Source of the DNA: Vicinamibacterales bacterium
GTDB taxonomy: Bacteria; Acidobacteriota; Vicinamibacteria; Vicinamibacterales; JAKQTR01
Direction of reading: 5' to 3'
Assembly: GCA_025456345.1 (NCBI GenBank)
Contig: JALOKU010000001.1
Span: forward strand, 147,758 to 211,757
Length of the DNA stretch: 64,000 bases
Made by a program: the position numbers and the translations under genes. Below are positions 28,850 through 37,217 of this stretch, one piece after another (the first letter of the stretch is position 1; each line of letters starts with the position of its first letter). Under the pieces are notes generated by a model, which worked only from the letters and a program-made list of their open reading frames with translations, was not told the origin of the DNA and searched no databases.

Positions 28850-30028
28850 CCCCATCTCGCGCTTGACGGCGGCGAAGGCGTCGAGCGCCATCTCGAGTTC
28901 GGCGCGGGTGTGGGCGGCCGAGATCTGGGTCCGGATCCTCGCCTCGCCTTTGGGCACCACCGGGTACGAGAAGCCGATCACGTAGACGCCCTTCTGCAGC
29001 ATCGCATCGGCGGCCTTCACGGCCAGCGCGGCGTCGCCAATCATCACCGCGCAGATCGGGTGCGCGCCGGGCAGCACCCGCATGCCGATGTGCGAGAGGC
29101 CTTCCCGGAAGAAGCGGGTGTTGGCGTCGAGGGTGTCGCGCAGTTCGGTCGACTGGCTCAGCATGTCGAGCACCTTCAGCGTGGCGCCCGCGATGCTGGG
29201 GCAGAGGGTGTTCGAGAACAGGTACGGCCGCGAGCGCTGGCGGAGCAGCTCGATGATCTCCCTGCGCCCGCTCGTGTAACCGCCGCTCGCGCCGCCCAAC
29301 GCCTTCCCGAGGGTGCCCGTCAGGACGTCCACGCGGTCCGTCACGCCGTGATGCTCGGGCGTGCCCCGCCCGCGCGGCCCGACGAACCCCACCGCGTGCG
29401 AATCGTCGACCATCACGAGCGCATCGTAGCGCTCGGCGAGATCGCAGACGCCCGGCAGGTCCGCGAGGGACCCGTCCATCGAGAAGACGCCGTCGGTGGC
29501 GACCATGCGGAAGCGGGCGCTGGTGGCGGCCTGCAGCTTCGCCTCGAGATCGTGGAGGTTGTTGTTCAGGTAGCGCTGGCGGTGGGCCCGGCAGAGGCGG
29601 ATGCCGTCGATGATGCTCGCGTGGTTCAGCGCATCGCTGATGATCGCGTCCTGCTCGTGCAGGAGCGTTTCGAAGAGGCCGCCGTTGGCGTCGAAGCACG
29701 ACGAGTAGAGGATCGTGTCTTCCGTGCCCAGGAACTCACTCAGCTTCTCCTCAAGCCGCTTGTGCACGGATTGCGTGCCGCAGATGAAGCGCACGCTCGC
29801 CATCCCGTAGCCCCACTGGTCGAGGGCCGCGCGGGCCGCCTCCCGGACGGCCGGGTGCTGCGCGAGCCCCAGGTAGTTGTTCGCGCACAGGTTGAGGACC
29901 GGCTTGCCGTCGGCGACCCGGATGGTGCTGCCCTGGGGCGTGACGATGACCCGCTCGCTCTTGTAGGTGCCGGCCGTGCGGATGTCGTGCAATTGCTGCG
30001 TGACGTGCTGCCTGAAGGACCCGTACAT
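28844..30028 (-). CDS. kbl: glycine C-acetyltransferase (2-amino-3-ketobutyrate CoA ligase)
   Basis: Start MYGSFRQH. Near-colinear with E. coli Kbl: [102 protein letters not shown]. Confidence 0.93.
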   Translation of the reverse strand: MYGSFRQHVTQQLHDIRTAGTYKSERVIVTPQGSTIRVADGKPVLNLCANNYLGLAQHPAVREAARAALDQWGYGMASVRFICGTQSVHKRLEEKLSEFLGTEDTILYSSCFDANGGLFETLLHEQDAIISDALNHASIIDGIRLCRAHRQRYLNNNLHDLEAKLQAATSARFRMVATDGVFSMDGSLADLPGVCDLAERYDALVMVDDSHAVGFVGPRGRGTPEHHGVTDRVDVLTGTLGKALGGASGGYTSGRREIIELLRQRSRPYLFSNTLCPSIAGATLKVLDMLSQSTELRDTLDANTRFFREGLSHIGMRVLPGAHPICAVMIGDAALAVKAADAMLQKGVYVIGFSYPVVPKGEARIRTQISAAHTRAELEMALDAFAAVKREMGL

Positions 30029-30138
30029 GGAACGCCTCTCTGTCGTCGTTGCGGTTCGAGGACACCCCGGCTGCCTTGGCACCGGGATCCTGCCCATTCT
30101 TGAACGCGCTGGCGGAAAAGGGAAGGGCCGAGGCCTGG

Positions 30139-31113
30139 TCACTTCGCCGTGCGGCGGTCGAAGAGCATTACTCCGTGCGTCGTGTCCTTCTTCGCGAAGG
30201 GCAGCGCCAGCTGGCCGGCGACGAACCGGATCTGCGCCACGCCGGCGAGCTGCTCAAGGAAGCGCTGCTCGACGGCCATCTCGGCCTCGGGACACGCCTT
30301 GCGGGTCGAGCCGGCCGGCCCGATCCTGATGCCGCCCGGCGCGTCGCCCGGCGTCACCTGGGCGAAGTAGCGGTTGCAGCCCGCGCTCCCCACGAGACGG
30401 GTGCCGTCGATCGTCAGGGTGACGTCGGGGGTTGCCGGCGCGGCCTCGTCCCACCCCCACCACGTCAACACCCACTCCGCGCCGGCCAGCGTGTCAACCG
30501 ACAGGCGCCCCGTCTTCACCGGCGTCCCTTCCTTGAGCGCCGCATCCGCCAGTTCCCAGGTCCGGGTGACGAGGTCGCCCGGGCAGCAGGCCGCGTCGTT
30601 CTCACCGGCCTGCACGACATCGAGGACGATGCGCCGCCGAGCGATGCGTGCCTCCCGCACCTGGACGCGGTCGCCGATGGGTGCGGTCGCGATGTTCGTG
30701 ACATTGCCGCCCGGCCGCCCGACCACGGCGAGATAGGACATCTCGCCGGAGCCACCGGCATTGGCGGCGAGCAGCACGACCGCCTCCTCGGCGCCGTCGC
30801 CGTCAACGTCGCCCGCCAGGCGGAAGTCACGGACGAAGGTCACGCTGGGCCGTGACGCGGCGCCTGGCGCGAACGGCTGGCCCTCCCACTTCCCGCCGGC
30901 GAGCATGAACGCGGCGCCCGCCTCCTCTACGCCCTTGTAGGAGGCGTTCTTCAGCTCCTGCAGCGTCGGCGCCGGTCGTTCGGCAACGGGGGCAGGCGAG
31001 GCGGAGTGCGCGGCTGGCGGCGCAGCGTCCTCCGGGCGCGACTGGCAGGCCGGCACGATGAGGGCAGCCAGCGCGACGGCGGCGGCCCGCGTGACGGCCA
31101 ATGGCAATGTCAT
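30139..31113 (-). CDS. META (HslJ-like) domain protein, probable lipoprotein
   Basis: Start [24 protein letters not shown]-terminal LAGAEWVLT...[22 protein letters not shown]...[23 protein letters not shown] is the META domain pattern. Confidence 0.7.
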   Translation of the reverse strand: MTLPLAVTRAAAVALAALIVPACQSRPEDAAPPAAHSASPAPVAERPAPTLQELKNASYKGVEEAGAAFMLAGGKWEGQPFAPGAASRPSVTFVRDFRLAGDVDGDGAEEAVVLLAANAGGSGEMSYLAVVGRPGGNVTNIATAPIGDRVQVREARIARRRIVLDVVQAGENDAACCPGDLVTRTWELADAALKEGTPVKTGRLSVDTLAGAEWVLTWWGWDEAAPATPDVTLTIDGTRLVGSAGCNRYFAQVTPGDAPGGIRIGPAGSTRKACPEAEMAVEQRFLEQLAGVAQIRFVAGQLALPFAKKDTTHGVMLFDRRTAK

Positions 31114-31363
31114 GATGTCAACCCTCCCCGGTATTGTGCACCGGCACGCATCGGTACGCGAACCTGGTGAGGCGCCTCGGCCGCCGGACGGGATAGCGGT
31201 GTGCCGGCCGGATTGCCTCATGCGTCAGGGGCGCGAAACACCCGCCTTGAGTTCGCCTCGCTCGCTTGACTGCGGAGCAAACTGCGGGGAAGATGCGTGG
31301 CGTCTCGGGAGGCGCGCCCCCGGCGCCACGTTCATCTCGATAGCTCGAAGAGGATCCCGTCAC

Positions 31364-32698
31364 ATGAGGCCGATCGCGATACTCTCCGTGTTCGTCTTTC
31401 TGTTGCCCGCTGCCGCCCGCGCGCAGGAGCCGCCTGCGGCCGGACAGCAGGAGGCGCTCGCCCGCCTCCTGCAGGCGCAGCTACTCCGCATCGAGGCGCT
31501 CGAGGCCCGCCTCGCGGGGCTGCAGCAGGAAGTGCAGCAGCTGCGCGCGCAGCCGCTCGCGCAGCCGCTCGCGGCTGCCCAGGCGCCGGCTGCCGCCCCT
31601 GCCCCGGCTCCCAAGGACCAGAACGTGCTGGTCCAGCACGCGGTCGCGGGCGAGCCACCCGAGGACGCTATTCCGGAAGGCCCTGCCGACGACCTGCCAC
31701 GTATCAGGTCGGTCGACGCCTATGGCAGCCTGCGCGTGGCGGCAGCCGTGGACTCGGACGGCAACCGGGAGATCCGCAACAACTCGTCGCGTCTCGGCCT
31801 GCGCGGCGAGAAGAAGCTCACGGACACAATCACGGCCTTCGGGCGCGCGGAAGTGGGGCTCAACCTGGTCGCCAACGATCGGGTCATCCTCGGAGGGGGA
31901 GACCCCGGAGCGCCGATCGGGCAGGGCAGCCAGGTCGTCTGGAACCGGCTCGGATTCGTCGGTCTCGGGACCCGTATCGGCGCGTTCTCCTGGGGCAAGC
32001 AGTGGTCGGCCTACTACGACGTCGCCGCGTTCACCGACCAATCCCCGATCTGGGGCGGGTCGGCGTCCGGCGCCTTCGCGGCGGGCTCCGACGGCGGGAT
32101 CGCGGGCACTGGCCGTGCTGAAAAGGCGCTCCAGTACCGCGAGGCGAAGGGCCCGGTGAGCGTGGCCCTTCAGATGCAGAGCCGCGCCACCTCGCCCAAC
32201 GATCAGGCCTGGGTCGACGTTTGGGGTGCCTCCGCCGTGATCGGCAGGGCCCACGGGCTGAGCGTGGCCGCGGCCTACAACGAGGTCCGCGACGGCGTCG
32301 CGAACCCGACCCCCAATCAGCCGCAGCTCGGCGACAAGGCCGCGCTCTTCGGAGTGCGGTACCGGAAGGGCCCGTGGTACGCGGCGGGCATCTTCTCTGT
32401 CAGCGAGCAGCACGAGGCGGACGACCTGGGCCGCCGCTTCGACGGTCAGGGCTTCGAGCTGTGGCTGCGTTACCACGTGCGCGAGCGCCTCTCGGTCGGG
32501 GTCGGCTACAACGACCTTCGGCCCGAATCGGGTCACCCGGGCGACTTCCGCCTGAGTTACGGCCTGGGCACCGTGACGTACGACTTCGGAATCGGGAGTC
32601 GCGTGTTCTTCACCCTCAGGCTCGAGGACAGCCGCAGGTCCAACGGGTCGGAGGGCCGGAACAGCGCCTTCGCCACAGGGCTCAACTTCACGTTCTGA
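31364..32698 (+). CDS. outer-membrane porin with N-terminal coiled-coil segment
   Basis: Signal peptide, then heptad-like LARLLQAQLLRIEALEARLAGLQQEVQQLRAQ. Beta-barrel region with porin-like SRLGLRGEKKL...FGRAEVGLN and terminal ...GLNFTF. Confidence 0.7.
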   Translation: MRPIAILSVFVFLLPAAARAQEPPAAGQQEALARLLQAQLLRIEALEARLAGLQQEVQQLRAQPLAQPLAAAQAPAAAPAPAPKDQNVLVQHAVAGEPPEDAIPEGPADDLPRIRSVDAYGSLRVAAAVDSDGNREIRNNSSRLGLRGEKKLTDTITAFGRAEVGLNLVANDRVILGGGDPGAPIGQGSQVVWNRLGFVGLGTRIGAFSWGKQWSAYYDVAAFTDQSPIWGGSASGAFAAGSDGGIAGTGRAEKALQYREAKGPVSVALQMQSRATSPNDQAWVDVWGASAVIGRAHGLSVAAAYNEVRDGVANPTPNQPQLGDKAALFGVRYRKGPWYAAGIFSVSEQHEADDLGRRFDGQGFELWLRYHVRERLSVGVGYNDLRPESGHPGDFRLSYGLGTVTYDFGIGSRVFFTLRLEDSRRSNGSEGRNSAFATGLNFTF

Positions 32699-32747
32699 AA
32701 CGCGGGCCGGGCGGGCGCGCTGGTCTTCGTGCCGGCCGCCCCCCGCA

Positions 32748-33416
32748 TCAGATGACGATCTTGTGGAGTTCCGACCACCCCGCCCACATGATCTGCAGGC
32801 CCACGCAGAGCAGGATGAAGGCGATGAGCCGCGTCATCACGAGCGTTCCGATATCGCCCAACCGCTTGAGCAGCACCGGGGCGTTGGCGAACATGACGTA
32901 GAGGATGACGGCGGTCAGCGCCGCGCCCAGCACCGCGGTGGCGACGCCGGTCAGGTAGGCGAACAAGGTCCGGGGGATCTGGGCCCCGAGCGCGATTGAG
33001 GCGGCGATCGTGCCTGGGCCCGTGGTCAGCGGGAACGTGAGCGGAAAGAAGCTGCGGCGCACGATCTCCGCCTCGGGCAGCGCGACGGCCCCTTCAGCGG
33101 CCTTGGCCTGGACGTCGTCGTCGCCCTGCTGGTTGAGCATCCGCCACGCGGTCGCGCACACCAGCAGCCCGCCCCCGACCCGCAGGATCGGCAGCGAGAT
33201 GCCGAAGAGCGCGAGGACGTTGGTGCCGACGAGCATCGACGCGACGATCACGTAGAAGGAGTTGACCGCGACCTGGCGTGCCAGCCGCCGGGCGACGGCC
33301 GCGTCGCCGCCCGCGGTCGTGATCAGGACGGGCGCGCTGCTGAAGGGGTTGATGATCGGCAGCAGGGTGAGCGGCACCAGCACGAGCCCCGACAGTGCCG
33401 CCAGGATCGGGTACAT
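32748..33416 (-). CDS. MarC family (UPF0056) membrane protein
   Basis: Start MYPILAALSG. The LLPIINPFSSAPV motif and 6-TM profile are typical of MarC. Confidence 0.85.
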   Translation of the reverse strand: MYPILAALSGLVLVPLTLLPIINPFSSAPVLITTAGGDAAVARRLARQVAVNSFYVIVASMLVGTNVLALFGISLPILRVGGGLLVCATAWRMLNQQGDDDVQAKAAEGAVALPEAEIVRRSFFPLTFPLTTGPGTIAASIALGAQIPRTLFAYLTGVATAVLGAALTAVILYVMFANAPVLLKRLGDIGTLVMTRLIAFILLCVGLQIMWAGWSELHKIVI

Positions 33417-33603
33417 CAAGTCCACGCGTCCGGCCTCCTTCGCCTGTGTCCACAACTCGAAACGCGCGACGTGACGCCGCCGCTCGTGCCGCGGCGCTGC
33501 GCCGGCGACGGCAGGACGCCCGTCTGACGGCACGTGAAACGGCCCCTCCGCCCGTGCCGCTGTGACGTCAGGGCAGGTTCGCTGGAGGCGGGCTGGCGAA
33601 AGG

Positions 33604-33653
33604 TGGTCGGGGCGACTGGATTCGAACCAGCGACCCCCTGCGCCCGAGGCAGG
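33604..33653 (-). repeat. 50-nt duplicate of the 3' half of tRNA-Pro (island-distal att repeat)
   Basis: 49/50 identical to 37107-37156 (anticodon stem through CCA). The single mismatch is at 33646 versus 37149. Identity stops abruptly at the 5' side of the anticodon stem. Confidence 0.85.
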
Positions 33654-33903
33654 CCACGGAAAGGCCTGTAAGCCATTCTAGCAAAACGGGATGCGGGCGC
33701 GTCAATTTCGTGGGGCCGCTCCTGTGACCGGTTGCGCGGCGCCGCACTGCGAATCCAGGATGCTGGCGGCGACCATGACGCTGAATCAGATTGTTCAGCG
33801 TGTTGAGCAAAATTACTCAACGTCATGAGCGCGAGCTTTGCCCGAGACGACGACGTCCGATCGACGAGATCAGAACTTCGGTCCATCGGGATGCTCGGCG
33901 CCA

Positions 33904-34950
33904 TCAGCGGCTCCCAGGTTTCTTCCGAGCCGGCAGCTTCTTGACCTCGTCCTCGAGCTGCTGGAAGCCATCGGCCTCTGCCTCATTCTCCACGTGCACG
34001 CGGCGACTGGCGGCGAACTGATCGTACTCATGCTCGGCGATGGCATCGGCCTGTTCGCGACTGACCGTGCCGGCGTCGGGCAGGATGGTGCGCTCGTTTA
34101 GCTTGAGGAAGTCGTCGAGCCGCTCTCGCCACGTGTGCAGGAAGATCTGTTTCCGCCGCCGGGCCTGGTCCTCGGCGAAATCGAGAAACATGACGACAAT
34201 GCGGTTGAGTTCGCTGATCTCGGGTTCGCGCAGGTAGTTCTTCGCGACGGTGACGTCGCCCTTGCGGACCACGCCGGCCTTCCACGCGGTCAGCCCCATG
34301 TTGGGTTTGGCGGAGTCGGCGCGCTCGGCAATCAGTTCAGGCGCGGTCTTGCCGGTGGCGGCGAAGTGTAGCTTGTTCTGAACGACACGAAAGAAGCTCT
34401 GGGTCTCCGGTTCGGAGGGCGAGTAGTCGGCGGCCAGTGCGAGAATGTCACGCACCCGCAGGTAGACTCGGCGTTCGCTGGCGCGAATGTCGCGGATGCG
34501 CTCGAGCAGTTCGTCGAAGTGATCCGTGTGACCTGGTCCCGGTGGGTTCTTGAGTCGCTCGTCGTCCATGGTGAAGCCCTTCACCAGGTACTCACTCAAG
34601 CGCGCCGTGGCCCACTGGCGGAACTGCGTGCCGCGGTCGCTTCGCACGCGGTATCCGACGGCGAGAATGGCGGGCAGGCTGTAGTGCTCGATGTCGCGGC
34701 CGACCTTGCGGCTGCCTTCAGATCGAACTATTCGGAATTTCCGAATAGTTCGATCCGGCGCCTGTTCACCCTCGGCGAAGATGCCTTTCAGGTGCTCATT
34801 CACGGTCGGCACGCCAACCTGGAACAGCTCGGCGATGAGCGCCTGAGTCAGCCAGATCGTGTCGGACTCGAACCGGCACTCGATACGTGTGCGGCCGTCT
34901 TCGGTCTCGTAGAGGACGATGCTGGATTCCGGCGGAGCGTTGTCGGACAT
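33904..34950 (-). CDS. virulence RhuM family protein
   Basis: IVLYETEDGRTRIECRFESDTIWLTQALIAELFQVGVPTVNEHLKGIF...YSLPAILAVGYRVRSDRGTQFRQWAT...ASERRVY match the RhuM (PF13310) pattern along the full length. AGGAAA SD before the ATG. Confidence 0.85.
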   Translation of the reverse strand: MSDNAPPESSIVLYETEDGRTRIECRFESDTIWLTQALIAELFQVGVPTVNEHLKGIFAEGEQAPDRTIRKFRIVRSEGSRKVGRDIEHYSLPAILAVGYRVRSDRGTQFRQWATARLSEYLVKGFTMDDERLKNPPGPGHTDHFDELLERIRDIRASERRVYLRVRDILALAADYSPSEPETQSFFRVVQNKLHFAATGKTAPELIAERADSAKPNMGLTAWKAGVVRKGDVTVAKNYLREPEISELNRIVVMFLDFAEDQARRRKQIFLHTWRERLDDFLKLNERTILPDAGTVSREQADAIAEHEYDQFAASRRVHVENEAEADGFQQLEDEVKKLPARKKPGSR

Positions 34951-35198
34951 GGGCGTTTCCTTCTGAGCTACCTGCGATCCGTGGCGATGCCCTTGGGGGT
35001 CATCTCCCGATCATCCCTTGAGCACCAGCAGGCCCTCCGTGGAACGGCCCACCCATCGCCCGAGCCAACCGAGGAGCTTTGATCCACTATTGCCGATGGC
35101 CATCGCCGAGATCCCCGATTTCGACCGTCTGTGCTTCAATTGTCTCGAGTCGTCGTACCAACGATACACAGCCGCCAGCATCCCAAACGACGGGCCCA

Positions 35199-35483
35199 TT
35201 ATGACGCTTCCTCCGTTCGTCGCGCTGGCATCGGGATGACGTTCACGCCGGGTCTCGGCGCTACCGGGATCTTGACCTGCTGGCTGGCCGCCACGAGGTC
35301 GTCCTTCAGCAGGTGCGCGTAATGGACTTCGGTGACGGCCACGCTCGAGTGGCCCAGGATTCTGGACAGCTTGTAGATGTCGCCGCCAGCCTGCAGCCAC
35401 CGCGTGCCGAACGTGTGGCGCAGCGTGTGCGGCGTCAGGTGCGTCACGTGCGCCCGGACCGCGCCTTCTCCCAGCACTTCGCG
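35199..35483 (-). pseudogene. tyrosine recombinase/integrase, C-terminal remnant only
   Basis: ...HLTPHTLRHTFGTRWLQAGGDIYKLSRILGHSSVAVTEVHYAHL carries the HxxR box and the catalytic-Tyr box of phage integrases. The ~250-aa N-terminal portion is absent, and the upstream in-frame residues look like non-coding read-through. Confidence 0.75.
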
Positions 35484-35526
35484 TGGTATTCTCCAAGGAG
35501 ACACGCAGCCACGCAAGGGGGTCGCG

Positions 35527-36189
35527 ATGCAACCAGTATTTGCGTCGGTGGCTCTGGCATTGTTCCCGTTGGTCCTTCCTAGTGCAGCCTTGGTCGCTGA
35601 TGATGACCGCGGTGGCTTGGCGCAAGCCGCGGTTGGGGAAACCGTAAGCGGATGTGTCAGCTTGCCGGGCGGAAGTTCGGTGCCAGGAGCCGAGGTTCGG
35701 GTGATGCAGGCCGGACGCACAACGACTCTGGTCACGGATCAGAATGGGTGCTACCGAGCTACGGATGTCCCCGTAGGCGCGATTAGAGTTTCTGTAAGGT
35801 GCATGGCCTTTGCGCCCGAAGAACGGGAAGCGAGGATGGAGTTAGGGAAAGCACTGCGCTTCGATTTCACTCTGTCACTTGCGCCTGGGGCTGTGGAAGA
35901 GCCGCCCCTCCAGATAACTCCACAGCCTGGAGGCTCCGGGGCGATTATGGGTTGCGTCGCGGATATACAGGGCAACCTCGAGACCGCGGCCGCCATCAGA
36001 CTATTGGATGGCGCTGGCAAATCGGTGAAGAGTACGATCGCCTCCGATGGGTGCTTTAACTTCCGCGACGTGGCACCGGGCGCCTACTCAGTGTCTGCGT
36101 TCGTAAACGGTGTGGAGGTGGCGAGTCGGAAGTCAGTGTGGGTGGCTCCTCTGGCTGTGGTGCGCGGCGACATGAGTTCGCACCGATAG
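35527..36189 (+). CDS. secreted protein with two carboxypeptidase-regulatory-like (CarboxypepD_reg) domains
   Basis: Signal peptide MQPVFASVALALFPLVLPSAA. Two repeats of the G-x-V...G..VpGAeV.v......tvTD.nGcY...dvp.G.Y.vsv pattern. Codon usage is less GC-biased than in flanking genes. Confidence 0.7.
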   Translation: MQPVFASVALALFPLVLPSAALVADDDRGGLAQAAVGETVSGCVSLPGGSSVPGAEVRVMQAGRTTTLVTDQNGCYRATDVPVGAIRVSVRCMAFAPEEREARMELGKALRFDFTLSLAPGAVEEPPLQITPQPGGSGAIMGCVADIQGNLETAAAIRLLDGAGKSVKSTIASDGCFNFRDVAPGAYSVSAFVNGVEVASRKSVWVAPLAVVRGDMSSHR

Positions 36190-36328
36190 CAGAATTCTCT
36201 CTCCTTCTCGACAATATTGGTCGGCGTAACACGCCATCATGCAGTGGCGCAGCGGAGCCTGACTCCAGGCCCAGGATTGCTGTTTGTTGGAACGCCGCCG
36301 GCTTCCGGCAGAAGCACGGCACGCGAGC

Positions 36329-36949
36329 TCAAGGGCTGCGTGAAAACGCGTGATCATCGCCTCGTGCATTAGGAAGAGCATCCGCCCGACCGCTGCAGCT
36401 ACTGCCGCCGCCGCCCTTGACGATGCGGACGCCGGAGCCGCGGTAACAACTGAACCCGGCGGTGGCTTTGGCGGCCAAATGGCAACCGCGGTAGTGGGCG
36501 GTCGTGACCTCGATGTCCTCGGTCCGGAGCCGCCCATCCACGTCCTCGTACTCGAGGCGCGCATCGGGAAACTGCTCGTGGCCATCCTGCTCCGGAACGT
36601 CGTGTGTAAGCGCCCATGAGCGAATCTCCTCGGGCGCCCTTTCGGGGTGTCCGTCGCTGTCCGACCGGCCCCGGTCATGCGCCTGCCGTAACTGCTGGTA
36701 CTCGCGCTTGAGCTCGTCCTCGACGACGACGCGCCGCACTGTTGCGCCCCGCTCGCAGAGCTGGCCGGCAGCTCGAAGGTCGGCACGGCAGACCTGGGCG
36801 TCGTGCGCGAGTTCCTTCGGCTTTCTGAAGCCGGAGTAGAACTCCTGGCGCGTATCTTGGCGATCGCGCCCCCCAGCAGGACGGGGGCCCTCTGAGTTCG
36901 CCGAAGGATGTCGATTGACCTCCCGCGAATCTCGACCACGCTCGGTCAA
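36329..36949 (-). CDS. hypothetical island protein, possibly 5'-truncated
   Basis: TTG-initiated ORF with a charged, protein-like composition (…VVVEDELKREYQQLRQAHDRG…FPDARLEYEDVDGRLRTEDIEVTTAHYRG…). The frame stays open upstream to ~37055 and encodes a wHTH-like LYRLRQSGLVQTIPALGRDRALVVLTERG without any start codon. Confidence 0.4.
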   Translation of the reverse strand: MTERGRDSREVNRHPSANSEGPRPAGGRDRQDTRQEFYSGFRKPKELAHDAQVCRADLRAAGQLCERGATVRRVVVEDELKREYQQLRQAHDRGRSDSDGHPERAPEEIRSWALTHDVPEQDGHEQFPDARLEYEDVDGRLRTEDIEVTTAHYRGCHLAAKATAGFSCYRGSGVRIVKGGGGSSCSGRADALPNARGDDHAFSRSP

Positions 36950-37106
36950 AACGACGAGCGCCCGGTCGCGACCAAGAGCCGGAATGGTCTGGACGAGCCC
37001 CGACTGGCGCAGGCGGTAGAGGTCGCCGCGTCGCGGATCGCGAGTATCGCCAAGTGATCAGCTAACTCACGTTCGTACTGTGTGTTGTGGAGATTCGAGA
37101 GGAAGT

Positions 37107-37183
37107 TGGTCGGGGCGACTGGATTCGAACCAGCGACCCCCTGCGCCCAAGGCAGGTGCGCTACCGGGCTGCGCTACGCCCCG
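37107..37183 (-). tRNA. tRNA-Pro (anticodon UGG)
   Basis: Reverse complement folds as a cloverleaf: acceptor CGGGGCG/CGCCCCG, D-stem GCGC/GCGC, anticodon stem CCTGC/GCAGG with loop CTTGGGC (TGG, G37), T-arm GCTGG-TTCGAAT-CCAGT, encoded CCA. Confidence 0.95.
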
Positions 37184-37217
37184 ACCCGAACGTTCATTAT
37201 CCCTTAACCGGCTCGCG

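Larger units (their letters stand above)
33604..37106. mobile_element. decayed integrative island inserted at the 3' end of tRNA-Pro
   Basis: Bounded by intact tRNA-Pro (37107-37183) and its 50-nt 3'-half duplicate (33604-33653). Contains a RhuM-family gene, a tyrosine-integrase 3' remnant, a visibly more AT-rich patch and a 5'-truncated gene. Confidence 0.65.

Noticed and set aside
30029-30138. Glycine riboswitch upstream of kbl.
   Set aside because: I could not find the conserved glycine-aptamer core (GGAGAG...CACCG...GGGCAA-type elements). Only a short imperfect hairpin (CCCGGTGCC/GGCAGCCGGG) is present.
31266-31294. Sigma70-like promoter TTGACT-N17-GAAGAT upstream of the porin gene.
   Set aside because: The -35 is good, but the -10 matches only 3/6. 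The promoter consensus for this phylum is uncertain, and there are no supporting data in the sequence.
33416-33904. 162-aa minus-strand ORF between marC and rhuM.
   Set aside because: It reads straight through the tRNA-Pro 3'-half duplicate (…GVAGSNPVAPTTF… is the translated tRNA) and has no coding-like composition.
35011-35199. 62-codon ORF starting in TAATG overlap with the integrase remnant.
   Set aside because: No family resemblance, no clear SD, and it lies in a decayed region. It is kept as a note, not as a feature.
35512-35525. CGCAAGGGGGTCGC as a third (inverted) att remnant.
   Set aside because: It is only 13/14 nt with an indel and in the opposite orientation. In GC-rich DNA this cannot be distinguished from chance, so it is mentioned only as a pointer in the junction finding.
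36133-36939. 268-aa ORF overlapping the 36329-36949 gene in another frame.
   Set aside because: It has Ser/Thr/Arg/Ala-rich off-frame composition. The alternative frame gives a charged, protein-like sequence.
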